The notes under the pieces were generated by a model, which was not told the origin of the DNA, searched no databases, and saw nothing but the letters and a program-made list of their open reading frames with translations. A stretch of 64,000 nucleotides of DNA, taken from assembly GCF_006345805.1 (NCBI RefSeq), contig NC_043022.1:1922001-1986000 (forward strand). Reading direction: 5' to 3'. A program made the translations under genes and the position numbers. Of the stretch, positions 1 to 12,435 are shown piece after piece. The DNA is from Octopus sinensis (Eukaryota). Numbering within the stretch: the stretch's first letter is position 1; each line of letters starts with the position of its first letter.

Positions 1-201
1 CAGCCTCGCCTGGCACCAGTGCAGGTGGCACGTAAAAAGCACCCACTACACTCACGGAGTGGTTGGCGTTAGGAAGGGCATCCAGCTGTAGAAACATTGC
101 CAGATAAGACCGGAGCCTGGTGCAGCCTTCTGGCTTCCCAGATCCCCGGTTGAACCGTCCAACCCATGCTAGCATGGAGAACGGACGTTAAACGATGATG
201 A
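1..201 (+). mobile_element. Family B retroposon 3' end with (GAT)n tail (probable RTE LINE 3' UTR or RTE-dependent SINE)
   Basis: Contains ggttggcgttaggaagggcatccagctgtagaaa...aacggacgttaaacgatgatga, which recurs more than 10 times in both orientations (e.g. 2833, 9636, 13660, 15230, 22828, 26178, 37310, 43122, 58242). Confidence 0.8.
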
Positions 202-239
202 TATATATATATATACATATATATATATAGACATATATA

Positions 240-409
240 GGCACAAGAGTGGCTGTGTGGTAAGAAGCTTGCTTCCCAACCACATAGTTCTGGATTCAGC
301 CCCACTGCATAGCACCTTGGGCAAGTGTCTTCTACTATGTCCTTGGGCTGACCAATGCCTTGTGAGTGGATTTCGCAGAAGGAAACTGAAAGAAGCCCAT
401 CGTATATAT

Positions 410-445
<36 letters not shown>

Positions 446-660
446 GTATGTGTGTGTGTGCGTGTGTATTTGTTGTTTGTGTCTGTGTTTGTCTCCACCA
501 ATGTTGGTGTGTTAATGTACCTGTCACTTAGCAGTTCAGTAAAAAGAGACCAATAGAATAAATACTAGGCTTACTAAGAATAAGTCCTGGGATTGATTTA
601 TTTGACTAAAGATTGGGTTCCAGCATGGCTGCATTCAAGTGACTGAAACAAGTAAAAGAA
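240..660 (+). mobile_element. Family A tRNA-derived SINE with internal (TA)n(TG)n tract
   Basis: Head has A-box-like tggctgtgtggtaag and B-box-like g(g/a)ttcag(t/c)ccc, then a central microsatellite and a 3' end tgactgaaacaagtaaaaga. About 25 full or partial copies in the window. Confidence 0.85.
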
Positions 661-1365
661 TATATATATATATATATATACACATACATATATACAATGA
701 GAGAGAGAGAGATGAAAAGAGAGACACAGATAGATTAATAGAGCAATAGATATTTGTACATCTGCACACACACACATGGTCACACACATAAATATGTATA
801 AATATACATACATATACATGTATACAAACACACACACGTATATTTATACAACTCCTTGAATTTCTCCTTTACCTCAATGTCTTTTGTAAGGCTACATCTT
901 GCAGGGACAAGCTCCCAAATGTCATTCACCAGTGATCCCTCAACCTTGAGAGTTTTGTCAAAAGCAAAGCCATTGCACTTGACATTTCAAAACTTTTGAA
1001 ATGGTACCATGTGTGTGTGTGTGTGTTGTGTGTTGTGTATGCATGTATGCGTGCGTATGTGTGTGTGAGAGAGAGAGAGAGAGAAAAAGAGAGGGAGTCT
1101 TCTAGAGAAACTGTTTGCTAATGGCCTCCGCCACTCTCACGTTTCTTGGATTGAAAGCTTCCTGTCATATCACACCATTGTAACATGTTGGCCGAACTCA
1201 CTCTGAGACCCTCTCTATTAACCCTTAAGGTTTTTGTATGTATGCATGTCTATCCATCTATCTGCCTGTCTGTTTATCTGGCTGTCTATCCATCCACACA
1301 CGTACAGAGACAGGCTTGAACTCTCTCAAGAAGGACTTAAATAAAACTCAAAGAAAAATCATACA

Positions 1366-1525
1366 TGGCTGCAGGAGTGGCTGTTTGGTAAGTAGCTTGC
1401 TTACCAACCACATGGTTCTGGGTTCAGTCCCACTGTGTGGCACCTTGGGCAAGTGTCTTCTTACTATAGCCTTGGGCCTTGTGAGTGGATTTGGTAGACA
1501 GAAACTGAAAGAAGCCCGTCGGGTG
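1366..1525 (+). mobile_element. Family A SINE, 5' half
   Basis: Matches the head of 240-660 up to the microsatellite. Confidence 0.8.
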
Positions 1526-1927
1526 TATGTGTATATATATATACACACACACATATATACATTCATATATATATATACATATTTATAAATACATATATAT
1601 ACATACAGATATACATATATATATATATATAGATAGATATATATATACACATGCATATATGGATATAGGACATCACCAATGGTGCAAATAGCATGAAATA
1701 TGTAAACAACAACAAAAAAAGTGGAAAACAGGACAAGTAAATACAGAGAAAGGACCTTTCATCAGTCGTCGGCTGTCTATCTACTCCACATTTTGAGCAT
1801 CCAACGTATATATGCTTGTGTGTCCATGTTTGCCCCCCGCCACCACCATTGGAGCCTACAACAGCTGAAACAGTGAAAGCAACAATCAAGATGTGGACAC
1901 TAGTCTGATTAATATAAACAGTGTACA

Positions 1928-2327
1928 TCTTTATATATAAAAGTCAAGTTGTGTGTCTGTCTGTCCCCTTCGATTTAGATTCCTAACTACTCCCACATTT
2001 TGCGGTGCAGTTTAACCAAATTCGGGTATCTTATAGTCGTGATTCATATCGAGCCCTTCTGGGTATTAGCGCGCGTCTACGATGAGTCGACGATTTAAAA
2101 AAAAATTTACATCATTTTTTCCATTTTAATGCATTTTTTCGCTATTATATAAGGGAAGTCACTCTCTGAAAATGTCTACGATGAGTCAACGATTTTTAAA
2201 AGAATTTACCATCACTTTTTTTCCATTTTTAATGCATTTTTTTGCTATTTTTTGGCTATAACTCTCTAAAAATGCTTATATAGTTATTTCCCTTACAAAC
2301 CCGAGCAACGCCGGGCGATACTGCTAG
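1928..2327 (+). mobile_element. Non-autonomous Helitron
   Basis: 5' TC start (tctttatatataaaag), subterminal GC hairpin cccgagcaacgccggg, 3' CTAG, inserted between A and T with no TSD. Has an internal direct repeat. Confidence 0.8.
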
Positions 2328-2690
2328 TAAAATATAAATTTCTCATCTCTGAAACACAGAACCGTACTGCTGTCATCTGCCTGACTTCACTAGCGTGACA
2401 TCAATGGCCCTTTAAACTATGGGAGGTATTTCCCCATATGTACCCTCCGTGCTGTGGAAATACTCTTCGGGTTCGTATTTGCAGCCCCGGTGCCTTTAGA
2501 TATGAGTGCGTATGTGGCTGAGCCAAAAACTGGTACTCTGTCAGTCATGACAATGAGTATTCCAGTCGATTTGATTGACAAAACAACCTGCCTGCGAAAT
2601 TAACATGCAAGTGGTTGAGTACTCCACAGACATGTGTACAAGTTTGCTATAGGAAAAGAAAATAGGAATCTTGAAAGAAGTATCTGTAAA

Positions 2691-2786
2691 ACAAGGTTCT
2701 GAACATTGAATGGCTACGGGGGTCCATGAGAATATAATAGTAATCAAAGAGGTCCTTAGATTAAAAATAATGGCTGAGAACCCCTG
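2691..2786. mobile_element. Small decayed hAT-like MITE
   Basis: Ends caaggttctgaac and gctgagaacccctg resemble CAGGGGTTCTCAAC-type TIRs. The ggggtccatgaga motif is shared with ~60610. Confidence 0.45.
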
Positions 2787-2832
2787 CTCTATGTGGTCAT
2801 GGGATTTGCTAGATATAGCAGCTAAAATCCCC

Positions 2833-2995
2833 CCTCGGAGTGGTTGGCATTAGGAAGGGCATCCAGCTGTAGAAACACTGCAAGATCAGATTGGGGCTTG
2901 GTGCAGCCTCCTGGCTTCCCAGACCCCAGTTGAACTGTCCAACCCATGCCAGCATGAAAAACGGACATTAAATGATGATGATGATGATGATGATA
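2833..2995 (+). mobile_element. Family B 3' end
   Basis: Same sequence as 1-201, with (gat)n tail. Confidence 0.8.
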
Positions 2996-3290
2996 ATAAT
3001 ACCCTTGCCTAACATTCTTAAAAAAGAAGATACTGTTGGTCATGCAGTTGCTGATATACAAATAGATAGGGTGGTCTTGGTTGGAACAACTTTGATTAGG
3101 GACTAAAAAACAACAGCAACACTTTTGCCATGATAGCATCCTCCATCATCAGGTTCTTGCTTTTGGGCTTTTTTTGGTATTGTTGTTGTTGATGTTGTTT
3201 AACCCCAAGTCAGCTCTGGTCAGGCTAAATTATGATGAAAGACATTCTAACCATGACCATTCTGATTTTTTTAATGCATAGCATGTCATA

Positions 3291-3611
3291 ACGATAAAAA
3301 CGTAGCCCTTTTCAAGCTTAGCCAGGCTCATGGGCCCGGTTTCCCGGTTTCCGTGGCGTATGTGTTCCCCCCCAGCTGGACGGGACACCAGTCCATCGCA
3401 GCATTACTCAAGAAACAGGAAAAGAGAGCAAGAGAAAGTTGGGGCAAATGAGTACAACAGGGGTTGCTACCCCCCCCCCCCTGCTGGAGCTTCGTGGAGC
3501 TTTTAGGTGTTTTTGCTCAATAAACACACACAACGCCCAGTCTGGGAATCGAAACCGCGATCCTCCGACCACGAGTCCGCTGCCCTAACCACTGGGCCAT
3601 TGCGCCTCCAC
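3291..3611 (-). mobile_element. Family D tRNA-derived SINE (OR-like), tail variant d
   Basis: Minus strand starts ggaggcgcaatggcccagtggttagggcagcggactcg...ggtttcgattccc (A and B boxes). The tail differs from other D copies. Confidence 0.85.
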
Positions 3612-3844
3612 ATAGCATGTCATGGGCTACATTATTCAAATATGTCCTATCTTTTTTTAGATGTTAATGTATGGTTCGAGGATGGTTTCACTGTTATGTC
3701 TAGCAAGCCAAAAGATCACATTGCAGCTCCCTTATTAGTTTGTGCGTGTGTATGTGCATGCGTTATTGGATATGCGTGTGTGTGTCTATCTTGTCATTCA
3801 TTCACTCACCCATTCTGGCGCCACAGCCAAAGTCATATACACGT

Positions 3845-3875
<31 letters not shown>

Positions 3876-4079
3876 GAACCATGCATACACACACACAGAG
3901 AACCATGCATACACACACACACACACACAGAACCATGCATACACACACACACACACACACAGAACCATGCATACACACGCATATCTCCTCGCACAGGATG
4001 TAAATGAGCATCCTGTTCTCAGGGTAAACTAAGATCAACACACCCACTAACCCATACACCTACCCACACAGACACCCCT

Positions 4080-4950
4080 TCCACCAGCAGCATCATCATC
4101 ATCACCACCACCACACTACCACCATGACCACCACATCATGATGATAACAAAAATGATGACAATGACGACGACTACCTCCTCCACCTCTGCACACCACCAT
4201 CACTAACACTAACCTTCTTATGGTCACATAACCACAACCGTCATCACCTACTGCTAATATACCCTTCCCCCACCACCACCACCACCACAACCATTAACTA
4301 ATCTATTATCATGACAACAAACACTGCAAGAACCACCACCACCACCACCACCAATATACCCATTGCCATCATCACACTGCCATTGCTGCAACCTCCACCA
4401 TTACCATTACTACCACCACTACTTCTACCACCATCACCAACACCATCACCACCAACACCACCCTTGTCACCCTACTTCCACCATTACCACCACCAATAAC
4501 AACACCACTACCACCATCAACTACCACTACCACCACCACCACCACAACCACTGCCACCACCATCACCACCACTACCACTGTCACCATCACAAACACTACC
4601 ACCACCACCACCCTTGTCACCCTACTTCCACCACTACCACCACCACCAATAACAACACCACTACCACCATCAACTACCACCACCACCACAACCACTGCCA
4701 CCACCACCACCACCACCACCACCACTACCACCGTCACCACCACAAACACTACCATTTCCTACTACTAGCACATCCACCACTATCACTGCCACCACCACCA
4801 CCACCACCCTTGTCACCCTACTTCCACCACTACCACCAATAACAACAACACTACCACCACCACCACTGCCACCACCATCACCACCACAAACACTACCATT
4901 TCCTACTACTATCACCGCCACTACCATCATTACCCCCCTCCCCCATTACT
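4080..4950. repeat. Degenerate (CAC)n trinucleotide tract with three internal higher-order copies
   Basis: CAC/CAT/TAC-rich; cccttgtcaccctacttccacca recurs at ~4461, ~4611 and ~4807. Confidence 0.9.
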
Positions 4951-5249
4951 AACATAATAACATTTATAAAATGGAAATCAATTGGGAAATAGTTTTGAAA
5001 AATGTTCAAGAGTGCTCTCCACCTTTAGGATGCCTCCGTTCTTTTCTCCTCCAGCTCTGAAGGTTTGTCTTGTCCCCAGCAAGACAAAACACTGTTCCTA
5101 CCCCTACCCCCACCCTGCTGCCGCCGCTCTTCCCTCTGTTGTCTTGTCTTCGTACATGTTTGTTCCCTGATAAGTGTGAGCGGGTGTGAGGAAAGAGAAG
5201 AGCCAGAGCGAGAAGGTGATCGGAAAATAATGGAGGAGATGTTGATTGG

Positions 5250-6012
5250 AGAGAGGGAGAGAGAGAGGGGGAGAGGGAGAGTCTGTGAAAAGTCCTGGGA
5301 CAAGTCCTGAGGAAATTGGCTAAAGATGGTCGATTGTTGGTAAAGAGCTTGGAGAGAATCAATTGGGTGGGGGGATGGGGGTGAGAGAGAGAGAGAGAGA
5401 GAGATGAAGTGAAGAAGAATGAGAGGGTGGTTAGGAGTGTGGGTAATGGAAAAGAGGCAGAGCGATGAGAGAGGGAAAGAAAGAGAGAGGAGAAAGAGAG
5501 AGGAAGAAAAAGAGAGAAGGAAGAGAAAGAGGGGAGAGAAAGAGAGAGGAGAGAGAAAGAGAGAGAGAGGAAGAGAAAGAGAGAGGTAGAGAAAGGAAAA
5601 TGTAGAGAAAGAGGGAGAGGTAGAGAAAGCGGGGGGAGAGAGAAAGAGAGGGAAGGAGAGAAAGAGAGGGAAAGAAAGCAAGTGACAGAGTAATAGAGAA
5701 CAGAGAGGAGGAAGTGGAGCAGAGAGAGGGTGATAGAAAGGAGAGTAATAAGAAAGATTGATAGAAAGGAGAGTAATGTAAGAGAGGCAGAGGAGTAGGA
5801 GTGAGAACAGTGAGAAGGGAGTGTTGGACAACTATATGATGGTTGTATGTAAGGAGGTGGAATAGAAATAGCATGAATGGTGTGATGGAGAGAGAGAGAG
5901 AGTTGCAGGGGAAGAGATAGAGTGATAGAAAAAGGAGAACTGGAAGTTTATGTGTGTGAAAGAGGGAGTGATAGAAAGGGGTCAGTGGGAGAGAAAAGAA
6001 AAAATATTGGAA

Positions 6013-6055
<43 letters not shown>
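5250..6055. repeat. Polypurine (GA)n-rich low-complexity tract
   Basis: Mostly G/A on the + strand, with perfect (GA)n runs at ~5385 and ~6020. Confidence 0.9.
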
Positions 6056-6127
6056 AAGGATAGAAGAATGCACATACTGTATGCAAACTGAGCTTTCCGC
6101 GACAGCGATAGTCCAATATATGACAGT

Positions 6128-6159
<32 letters not shown>

Positions 6160-6253
6160 ATATGTATATATAATATACATATTATATTAGTTAGAAAGAG
6201 CAAATTAGTAGACGCACATGTGTCTATCGTGGTGCGATTTCAGAATAACAGGA

Positions 6254-6328
6254 ATCTTACTGAAGAGCCTACCTGAGTAAATAAATATTATTTTTATTGC
6301 TGAAAAAGGCGAAACTGCAGTCTAAGAT
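6254..6328 (+). ncRNA. Type I hammerhead ribozyme motif (intact core)
   Basis: Stem I atctta/taagat; core CTGAAGA at 6260-6266; stem II gcct/aggc; GAAA at 6311; stem III ac-tgca-gt (palindromic); GTC cleavage triplet at 6320-6322. Confidence 0.8.
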
Positions 6329-6493
6329 GAACCGAGTTAGTAAAAGTTTTTATTTTCATTTCACTAAATTTACCAAGCTTCTGTGTTTCTAGTACATACT
6401 TCGCCTTTAATGTACTTATATATGAATAATATATGGCCTGTGCTAGAAACACCAGCGATAATAATTAATTTTATTTTATCGCATTTTGAATTT

Positions 6494-6541
<48 letters not shown>

Positions 6542-6848
6542 ATATATATATATATATATTGTAGCTGAATATTCTAAGCCATTTATTGGAGGAGATTGGG
6601 TAAATCTTCTCTGAAGAGTACTGAACAAACTGAAAAATAGTCTGTCAAGAGACTCCTACCTCTTTTTTTTTCTGCATATAAAAAGCATAGAAGGAACGTG
6701 TTTCCATTCTCATAATCCCATAACAGCTAGGCTTTGTAAAATAAGTAAGTACCTGTCAAGCACTGGGGTTTGATGTAATTGACTAGCTCCCTTCCCTAAA
6801 AAAATCTCAGGCCTAGGAAGGATGCTTCTTCTTATTGTTATTATTATT

Positions 6849-7080
6849 AAGGCAGAGAGCTAGCAGAATTGTTGGCATGCTATGTGAAATGCTAAGCAGC
6901 ATTTCCTCTCTCTGCACATTCTGAGTTCAAATTCTGCTGAGGTCGACTTTGCCTTTCATCCTTTTGGGGTCGATTAAATAAGTAGCAGTTAAGCACTGGG
7001 GGTCAATGTAATTGACTTAATCCCTTTGTGTGTCCTTGTTTGTCCCATCTATATTTAGCCCCGGGTGGGTAATAAATAAA
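6849..7080 (+). mobile_element. Family E SINE (tRNA-like head, central gcctttcatcctttcggggtcgataaa domain)
   Basis: Matches the copies at 11699, 18770, 47428 and 56328; B-box gagttcaaattc. The central domain resembles the Meta-SINE domain (from memory, unverified). Confidence 0.8.
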
Positions 7081-7256
7081 TAAATAAATACCAGCTGAGC
7101 GCTGGGTTTGATGTAATTGACTTGAACAGACCCTACCTGCCCAAAGTTTCAGGCCTTGCGCCTATATAATGATTATTTTCATTTTCATAATTATACTGTT
7201 TTGATAACATTCCCAGATGATCTGTTTATATATGTGTATATATAAATATATATATC

Positions 7257-7304
<48 letters not shown>

Positions 7305-7706
7305 GTGTGTGTGTGTAATATGATCCAAAGAAGTTTTGGTAGAAAGTCGAAATGTTTGATTGTTGCAAGGAGTGGCCAGTCTAAATTTGAAACCTCACAA
7401 TTTCCACTCCTTGCAGCAATTCAACTCATCAACATTCCATGGACTTTCCTTTTGGTTAATTGTCGGCTGTGCAGACTTTCACCAACATCCTTTACACATA
7501 AGGTTTTACACTGTTTATATATCTTTATATACCTATGTATCTATCCATGTCTACCTATCTATTTATTTACGTGTGTGTGTGTTTGTTTAATAAAAATTGA
7601 AACTGTTAACTTTTTTCTAATAAAGATGATTTGACATTCTGCTTAGTGACCCTTCAATAAATGTTTGCCGTTTTAAACACAAGATACATAAAAATACACA
7701 TTGACA

Positions 7707-7748
<42 letters not shown>

Positions 7749-7970
7749 TTTAGGTAAGCGTTTCTGCAATTACTCTGGGCTCATTGGTGTGCTCAGGGTT
7801 AAAAGCCTTTTGAGTTGATTTGGTCAATGGAAACTGAAAGAAGCATATATGACTGCATGTATGTATGCATGAACGTGTGTGTGTGTGATATGCACAGATA
7901 GGTGGGTAGATGGAAGAATACACGCATGCCTGCATTGGTAGATGGAAGCATACTTGTATATGCCGATATA

Positions 7971-8766
7971 CAAGGTGATCCAAAGTCTCCATACATAGGA
8001 AAACATTATTTTTTTTATAAGAGGCAGTTTATACGATTCCCTAGATCCCCTTATCTGACCCCTCTTGATTTCTATCATTGGGGGCATTTGAAAAGCATGG
8101 TGTATCATGGAAAGATAAAAAACATAAATCATTTGAAGGAACGCATCACTGACTCCTTTGCACACTTATCACCAGATGTGCAATTACAAGTGCGCAATGA
8201 GTGGGGGAATCGTATTGCAATGCGCATTCAAAACAATGGTAACCATATATATAGATATATATATAGGCACAGGAGTGGCTGTGTGGTAAGTAGCTTGTTT
8301 ACCAGCCACATGGTTCTAGGTTCAGTCCCACTGCATGGCACCTTGGGCAAGTGTCTTCTACTATAGCCTGGGGCCGACCAATGCCTTGTGAGTGGATTTG
8401 GTAGACGGAAACTGAAAGAAGCCCGTCGTATATATATATATGCATGTGCGTGTGTGTGTGTGTTTGTGTTTGTCCCCCTAGCATTGCTTGACAACCGATG
8501 CTGGTGTGTTTATGTCCCCGTTACTTAGCGGTTCGGCGAAAGAGACCAATAGAATAAGTACTGGGATTACAAAAGAATAAGTCCCGGGGTCGAGTTGCTC
8601 GATTAAAGGCGGTGCTCCTGCATGGCCGCAGTCAAATGACTGAAAGAATAAAAGAATAAAAGAATATAGAGCCTGTTAAATAAAATAAAAAAAACTGTTC
8701 TTATAAACCGTTTCTTATAAAAAGAAATAAATTGTTCCTATGTATGGCAACTTTTGAATAACCCTG
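7971..8766 (+). mobile_element. Internally deleted Tc1/mariner (rosa/DD41D-like) transposon, split by a family A SINE
   Basis: Imperfect ~30-bp TIRs caaggtgatccaaagtctccatacatagg / cctatgtatggcaacttttgaataaccctg, flanked by TA. Encodes PRSPYLTPLDFYHWGHLKSMVY...NGNHI, which resumes as EPVK* after the SINE. Confidence 0.8.
8266..8667 (+). mobile_element. Family A SINE, full length
   Basis: Complete head, microsatellite and tail; nested in the mariner-family element. Confidence 0.9.
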
Positions 8767-8792
8767 TATATATAAATATAAATATATATATA

Positions 8793-9015
8793 TACCGGAG
8801 TAAATACGTAAATGTTAAACAAGGTGGAAAAAAGAGTACTCAAATACCAGTGGTAGAGTAATATGCTTTATTTAAAGCAGCAGAAAATTCAACAAAATCT
8901 GTTACTCTGAGTTTCTCGTTGCAGTTCATCGGACAGTTTTTTCTAACAAAACTGTCTGATGAACAGCAACGAGAAACTCAGAGTAACAGATTTTGTTGAA
9001 TTTTCTGCTGCTTTA
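8793..9015. mobile_element. Fold-back element (probable Penelope pseudo-LTR remnant) with a hammerhead motif in each arm
   Basis: 68-bp inverted arms at 8873-8940 and 8948-9015. The + arm reads ctgt-CTGATGA-acagcaacga-GAAA-ctcaga-GTA-acag. Flanked by (TA)n; related pieces at 34605-35010. Confidence 0.7.
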
Positions 9016-9026
9016 TATATATATAA

Positions 9027-9068
<42 letters not shown>

Positions 9069-9479
9069 TCATCATCATTTAACGTCCGTTTTCATGCTGA
9101 CATGGGTTAGACAGTTTGACTGGAGACTGGCAATATGTATGTATGTATAGATATATATATCATCATCATTGTCATTTAGTGTCTGCTTTTCATGCTGTCA
9201 TGGGTTGGACGGTTTAACTGGAATTGGTAAGCTGGAGAGCTGCACCAGGTTCCAGTCTGGTTTGGCACGGTTCTACGGCTGGATGCCCTTTCTAACGCCA
9301 ACCACTCCAAGAGTGTAAGGGGTACTTTTTACATCCCACTGGCACCGGTGCTTTTATGCCCCACAGGCACAAGTGCCAGTTACCTGACACTGGCATCGGC
9401 CACAACTGCAATTTCATTTGGTTTGACAAGTCTTATACAAACACACACACATTTCATGAATCTTTGAAGCAGAAAGACT

Positions 9480-9635
9480 TGAGATCGATGGATCAAGATG
9501 GAATCAGGAAATTTGAATCTGGCTGTATTCATTGGCCATGAGAACAAAGAACAAGGACTAAAAGCATTTTCAAGCATAGCACCAACACTGTCCCATGGTC
9601 CACACCCTTGCACAATTTGTGGATTGGTTTGCAAA
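9480..9635 (+). pseudogene. Decayed RTE LINE C-terminal fragment
   Basis: Reads DGIRKFE..., then after a frameshift PHPCTICGLVCKS, resembling the terminal Cys-x2-Cys motif of RTE ORFs. Confidence 0.4.
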
Positions 9636-9950
9636 TCATCATCATCATCACCATTGTCACTTAATGTCTGCTTTCCATCCTGGTATGAGTTGGACGGTTT
9701 GACTGAGGACTGGCAAGCCAGAAGGCTGCACCAGGCTCCAGTCTGATCTGGCAAGGTTTCTACAGCTGGATGCTCTTCCTAATGCCTACCACTCCGAGAG
9801 TGTAGTGGGTGCTTTTTATGCGCCACTGGTACGAGGGCCAGTCAAGCGGTGCTGGCATCAACCACACTCGAATGGTGCTTTTTACATCCCACCAGCACAG
9901 GTGCCAGTTAGGTAGCACTGGTAAGGGAGCCAGTCAGGCGGCACTGGCAA
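9636..9950 (-). mobile_element. Family B 3' end
   Basis: Reverse complement of the family B body with (gat)n tail. Confidence 0.8.
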
Positions 9951-9959
9951 CAACCCTGC

Positions 9960-10252
9960 TCGACCAGGCTATCAGATGTTGCTACACATCGCTGGTCACA
10001 ATGCACTTCACATTGTTTTAGCCTTCGAATGACGCCACCCCGCTGGCTAAGCAAGCAGGCCAACAGAAGAAAGAGTGAGAGAAAGTTGTGATGAAAGAGT
10101 ACAGTAGGGATCACGACCACCCCCTGCCGGAGTCTTGTGGGGCTTTAGGTGTTTTCGCTCAATAAACACTCACAACGCTTGGTCAGGGAATCAAAACCAC
10201 GACCCTACGGCCGTGAGTCCACTGCCCTAACCACTGGACCATTGCGCCTCCA
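9960..10252 (-). mobile_element. Family D SINE, tail variant a
   Basis: D head plus tail ...gcttagccagcggggtggcgtcattcgaaggctaaaacaatg..., the same as 35027 and 37665. Confidence 0.85.
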
Positions 10253-10497
10253 CAAATATATAATATAAAAGGATAGAATTGTTAAACATTTTATCAGTGG
10301 CCAGCATATAAAAACATAGACTTATCAAGGTGAAATCGTAAATACAATTATAATTAGGGGCATAGAAAAGAATTCTTGCCTACGTGTTGAAAGGAGATGT
10401 TAAATTGTGATGATATTTAATGGGGTTTGACGATTTAGTGCGCCCTTTCAGCATATAGGCAAAAAAATTTTTTTTTTCTATGCCCTTAATTATAATT

Positions 10498-10649
10498 ATG
10501 GCTGTGTGGTTAGTAGCTTGCTTACCAACCACATGGTTCCGGGTTCAGTCTCACTGCATGGCACTTGGGCATGTGTCTTCTATATACCCTTGGGCCGACC
10601 AAAGCCTTGTGAGTGGATGTGATAGACAGAAACTGAAAGAAGTCCATCG

Positions 10650-10683
<34 letters not shown>

Positions 10684-10933
10684 ATATATATTATATATGT
10701 ATATGTATATGAGTGTGTGTGTGTGTGTATGTGTTCATGTGTGTGTTTGTCCCCCACCATCGCTTGGCAACCTTTGTTGGTGTGTTTACGTCCCCCGTAA
10801 CTTAGCGGTTCAGCAGAGAGAGACTACCAGAATAAGTATTGGGCTTACAAAGAATAAACCTGGGGTTGATCTGTTCAACTAAAGGTGGTGCTCCAGCATG
10901 GCTGCAGTCAAATGACTGAAACAAATAAAAGAA
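10498..10933 (+). mobile_element. Family A SINE
   Basis: Near full-length match to 8266-8667. Confidence 0.85.
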
Positions 10934-11293
10934 TATACATATATATGAAAGGCTTCTTTCAGTTTCCAGCTACTAAATCCACTTACACGGCATATATATA
11001 TATCTTAAATATGCAGAAGAATTTGTGGTGAGGGCAGTTTAGCTTAAAGGTCAGTGCACCATGACACATAATTACGGGGGTGTGAGTTTGAGTTTCACAG
11101 CTGGCTGCCAACCCTTTTTTCTGCAAAATAGGGGTAGTTTATCCCAATCAGACTATATTATTAGCATTATCCTGCGTTTGAGAATTTTAAAAAATCACTT
11201 AACTTTCGAAGACATCTCAATGCTTCTAAAGCAAACTTTGTTTGTTTGTTTACTTTCATTGTAATACATATATATATATATATATATAATATA

Positions 11294-11660
11294 CTAGCAG
11301 TATCGCCTGGCATTGCTCGAGTTTGTTTCAAATTGGAATTTTTGATAAGTAAAACTTTTGCATTATGTAGCTTGTTATTCTCTTTAAGTGAACATTTTTC
11401 TGGTTGAAATACACTGAAAAACGGCGACACAGCAGTGATAAAATTGTAAAAAATAGGGATTTTCAAAGAAAAAAAGCACCTTTTTGATGTAAATAATTTT
11501 TGGTGCTAACATGGTCCGATTTGAATTTTTTCTTCTACGGAAGGAAGAGCAAGCCTTCTTCTATCATACTCTCAATTTTGGTCAACTTGCGATGCAGGAT
11601 CTTGGAGGAGATAGTGTTAGTTGAAGGCTACCAAACCTGCCATACACAGACAACTTCAGC

Positions 11661-11675
<15 letters not shown>
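11294..11675 (-). mobile_element. Non-autonomous Helitron
   Basis: Minus-strand 3' end ctcgagcaatgccaggcgatactgCTAG matches the end of 1928-2327; the body matches 57903-58241. Confidence 0.75.
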
Positions 11676-11698
<23 letters not shown>

Positions 11699-11700
<2 letters not shown>

Positions 11701-11932
11701 GGCGGCGAGCTGGTAGAAACGTTAGCACGCCGGGCTAAATGCTTAGCGGTATTTCGTCTGCGTTACGTTGTGAGTTCAAATTCCGCTGAGGTCGACTTTG
11801 CCTTTCATCCTTTCGGGGGTCGATAAATTAAGTACCAGTTACGCACTGGGGTTGATGTAGTCGACTTAATCCCTTTGTCTGTCTTTGTTTGTCCCCTCTG
11901 TGTTTAGCCCCTTGTGGGTAGTAAAGAAATAT
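11699..11932 (+). mobile_element. Family E SINE, full length
   Basis: aaggcggcgagctgg...gtgggtagtaaagaaat, inserted in (TA)n. Confidence 0.85.
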
Positions 11933-12435
11933 ATATATATATACATACAGATATATATATGTGTGTGTATGCATGTATGCGGTGTATGTCTGTGTTTCCT
12001 TATCTTAACATTGTGCAATAGCTGTAAACAAGTGCCACTCTTTTCCATCTTCTGTGAAAACACGTCCAGCAATGAGGAAATATTATCTTGTCTGAAACGC
12101 TAAATTAGTTCTGCAAATATTTCTCAAATCACTGAAATATTACAAACTCAATGATTTTGTGTCTTTGATATTACGGCTGTTTCTCTGTGTGTGTGTGTGT
12201 GTGTTTGGAGGTGGGGGCGGGGGTCAGCTGTTATGTTGCAGTGCGTAACAAGAACAGCAACGTATATTTATTGATGCACTTTGTACTCTCACCAACAGAG
12301 TTCTGAAACAGCCATAGACCTCTGTGAGCATTTCATTGAGGTTTGTAGACATCGGGCTTCAATGTAACATCAGACATTTTATCAAGTCATCTTGTAACTG
12401 ATCAATATTTATATGAAAAGACACGCACACATATA

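Noticed and set aside
257-556. Recurrent peptides such as LLPNHMVLGSVPLCGTLGKCLLL and AVFLQLDALPNANHS
   Set aside because: They recur because they translate SINE family A and family B, not because they are a protein family.
5025-6075. Long Leu/Ser/Phe-rich membrane-protein-like ORFs
   Set aside because: They arise from the polypyrimidine strand of the GA-rich tract.
6600-6660. Further hammerhead-like strings (6611 ctgaaga; also ~15697, ~43030 minus, ~58815, ~62153)
   Set aside because: The stems do not pair adequately or GAAA/GUH is missing; possibly relics, but not supportable.
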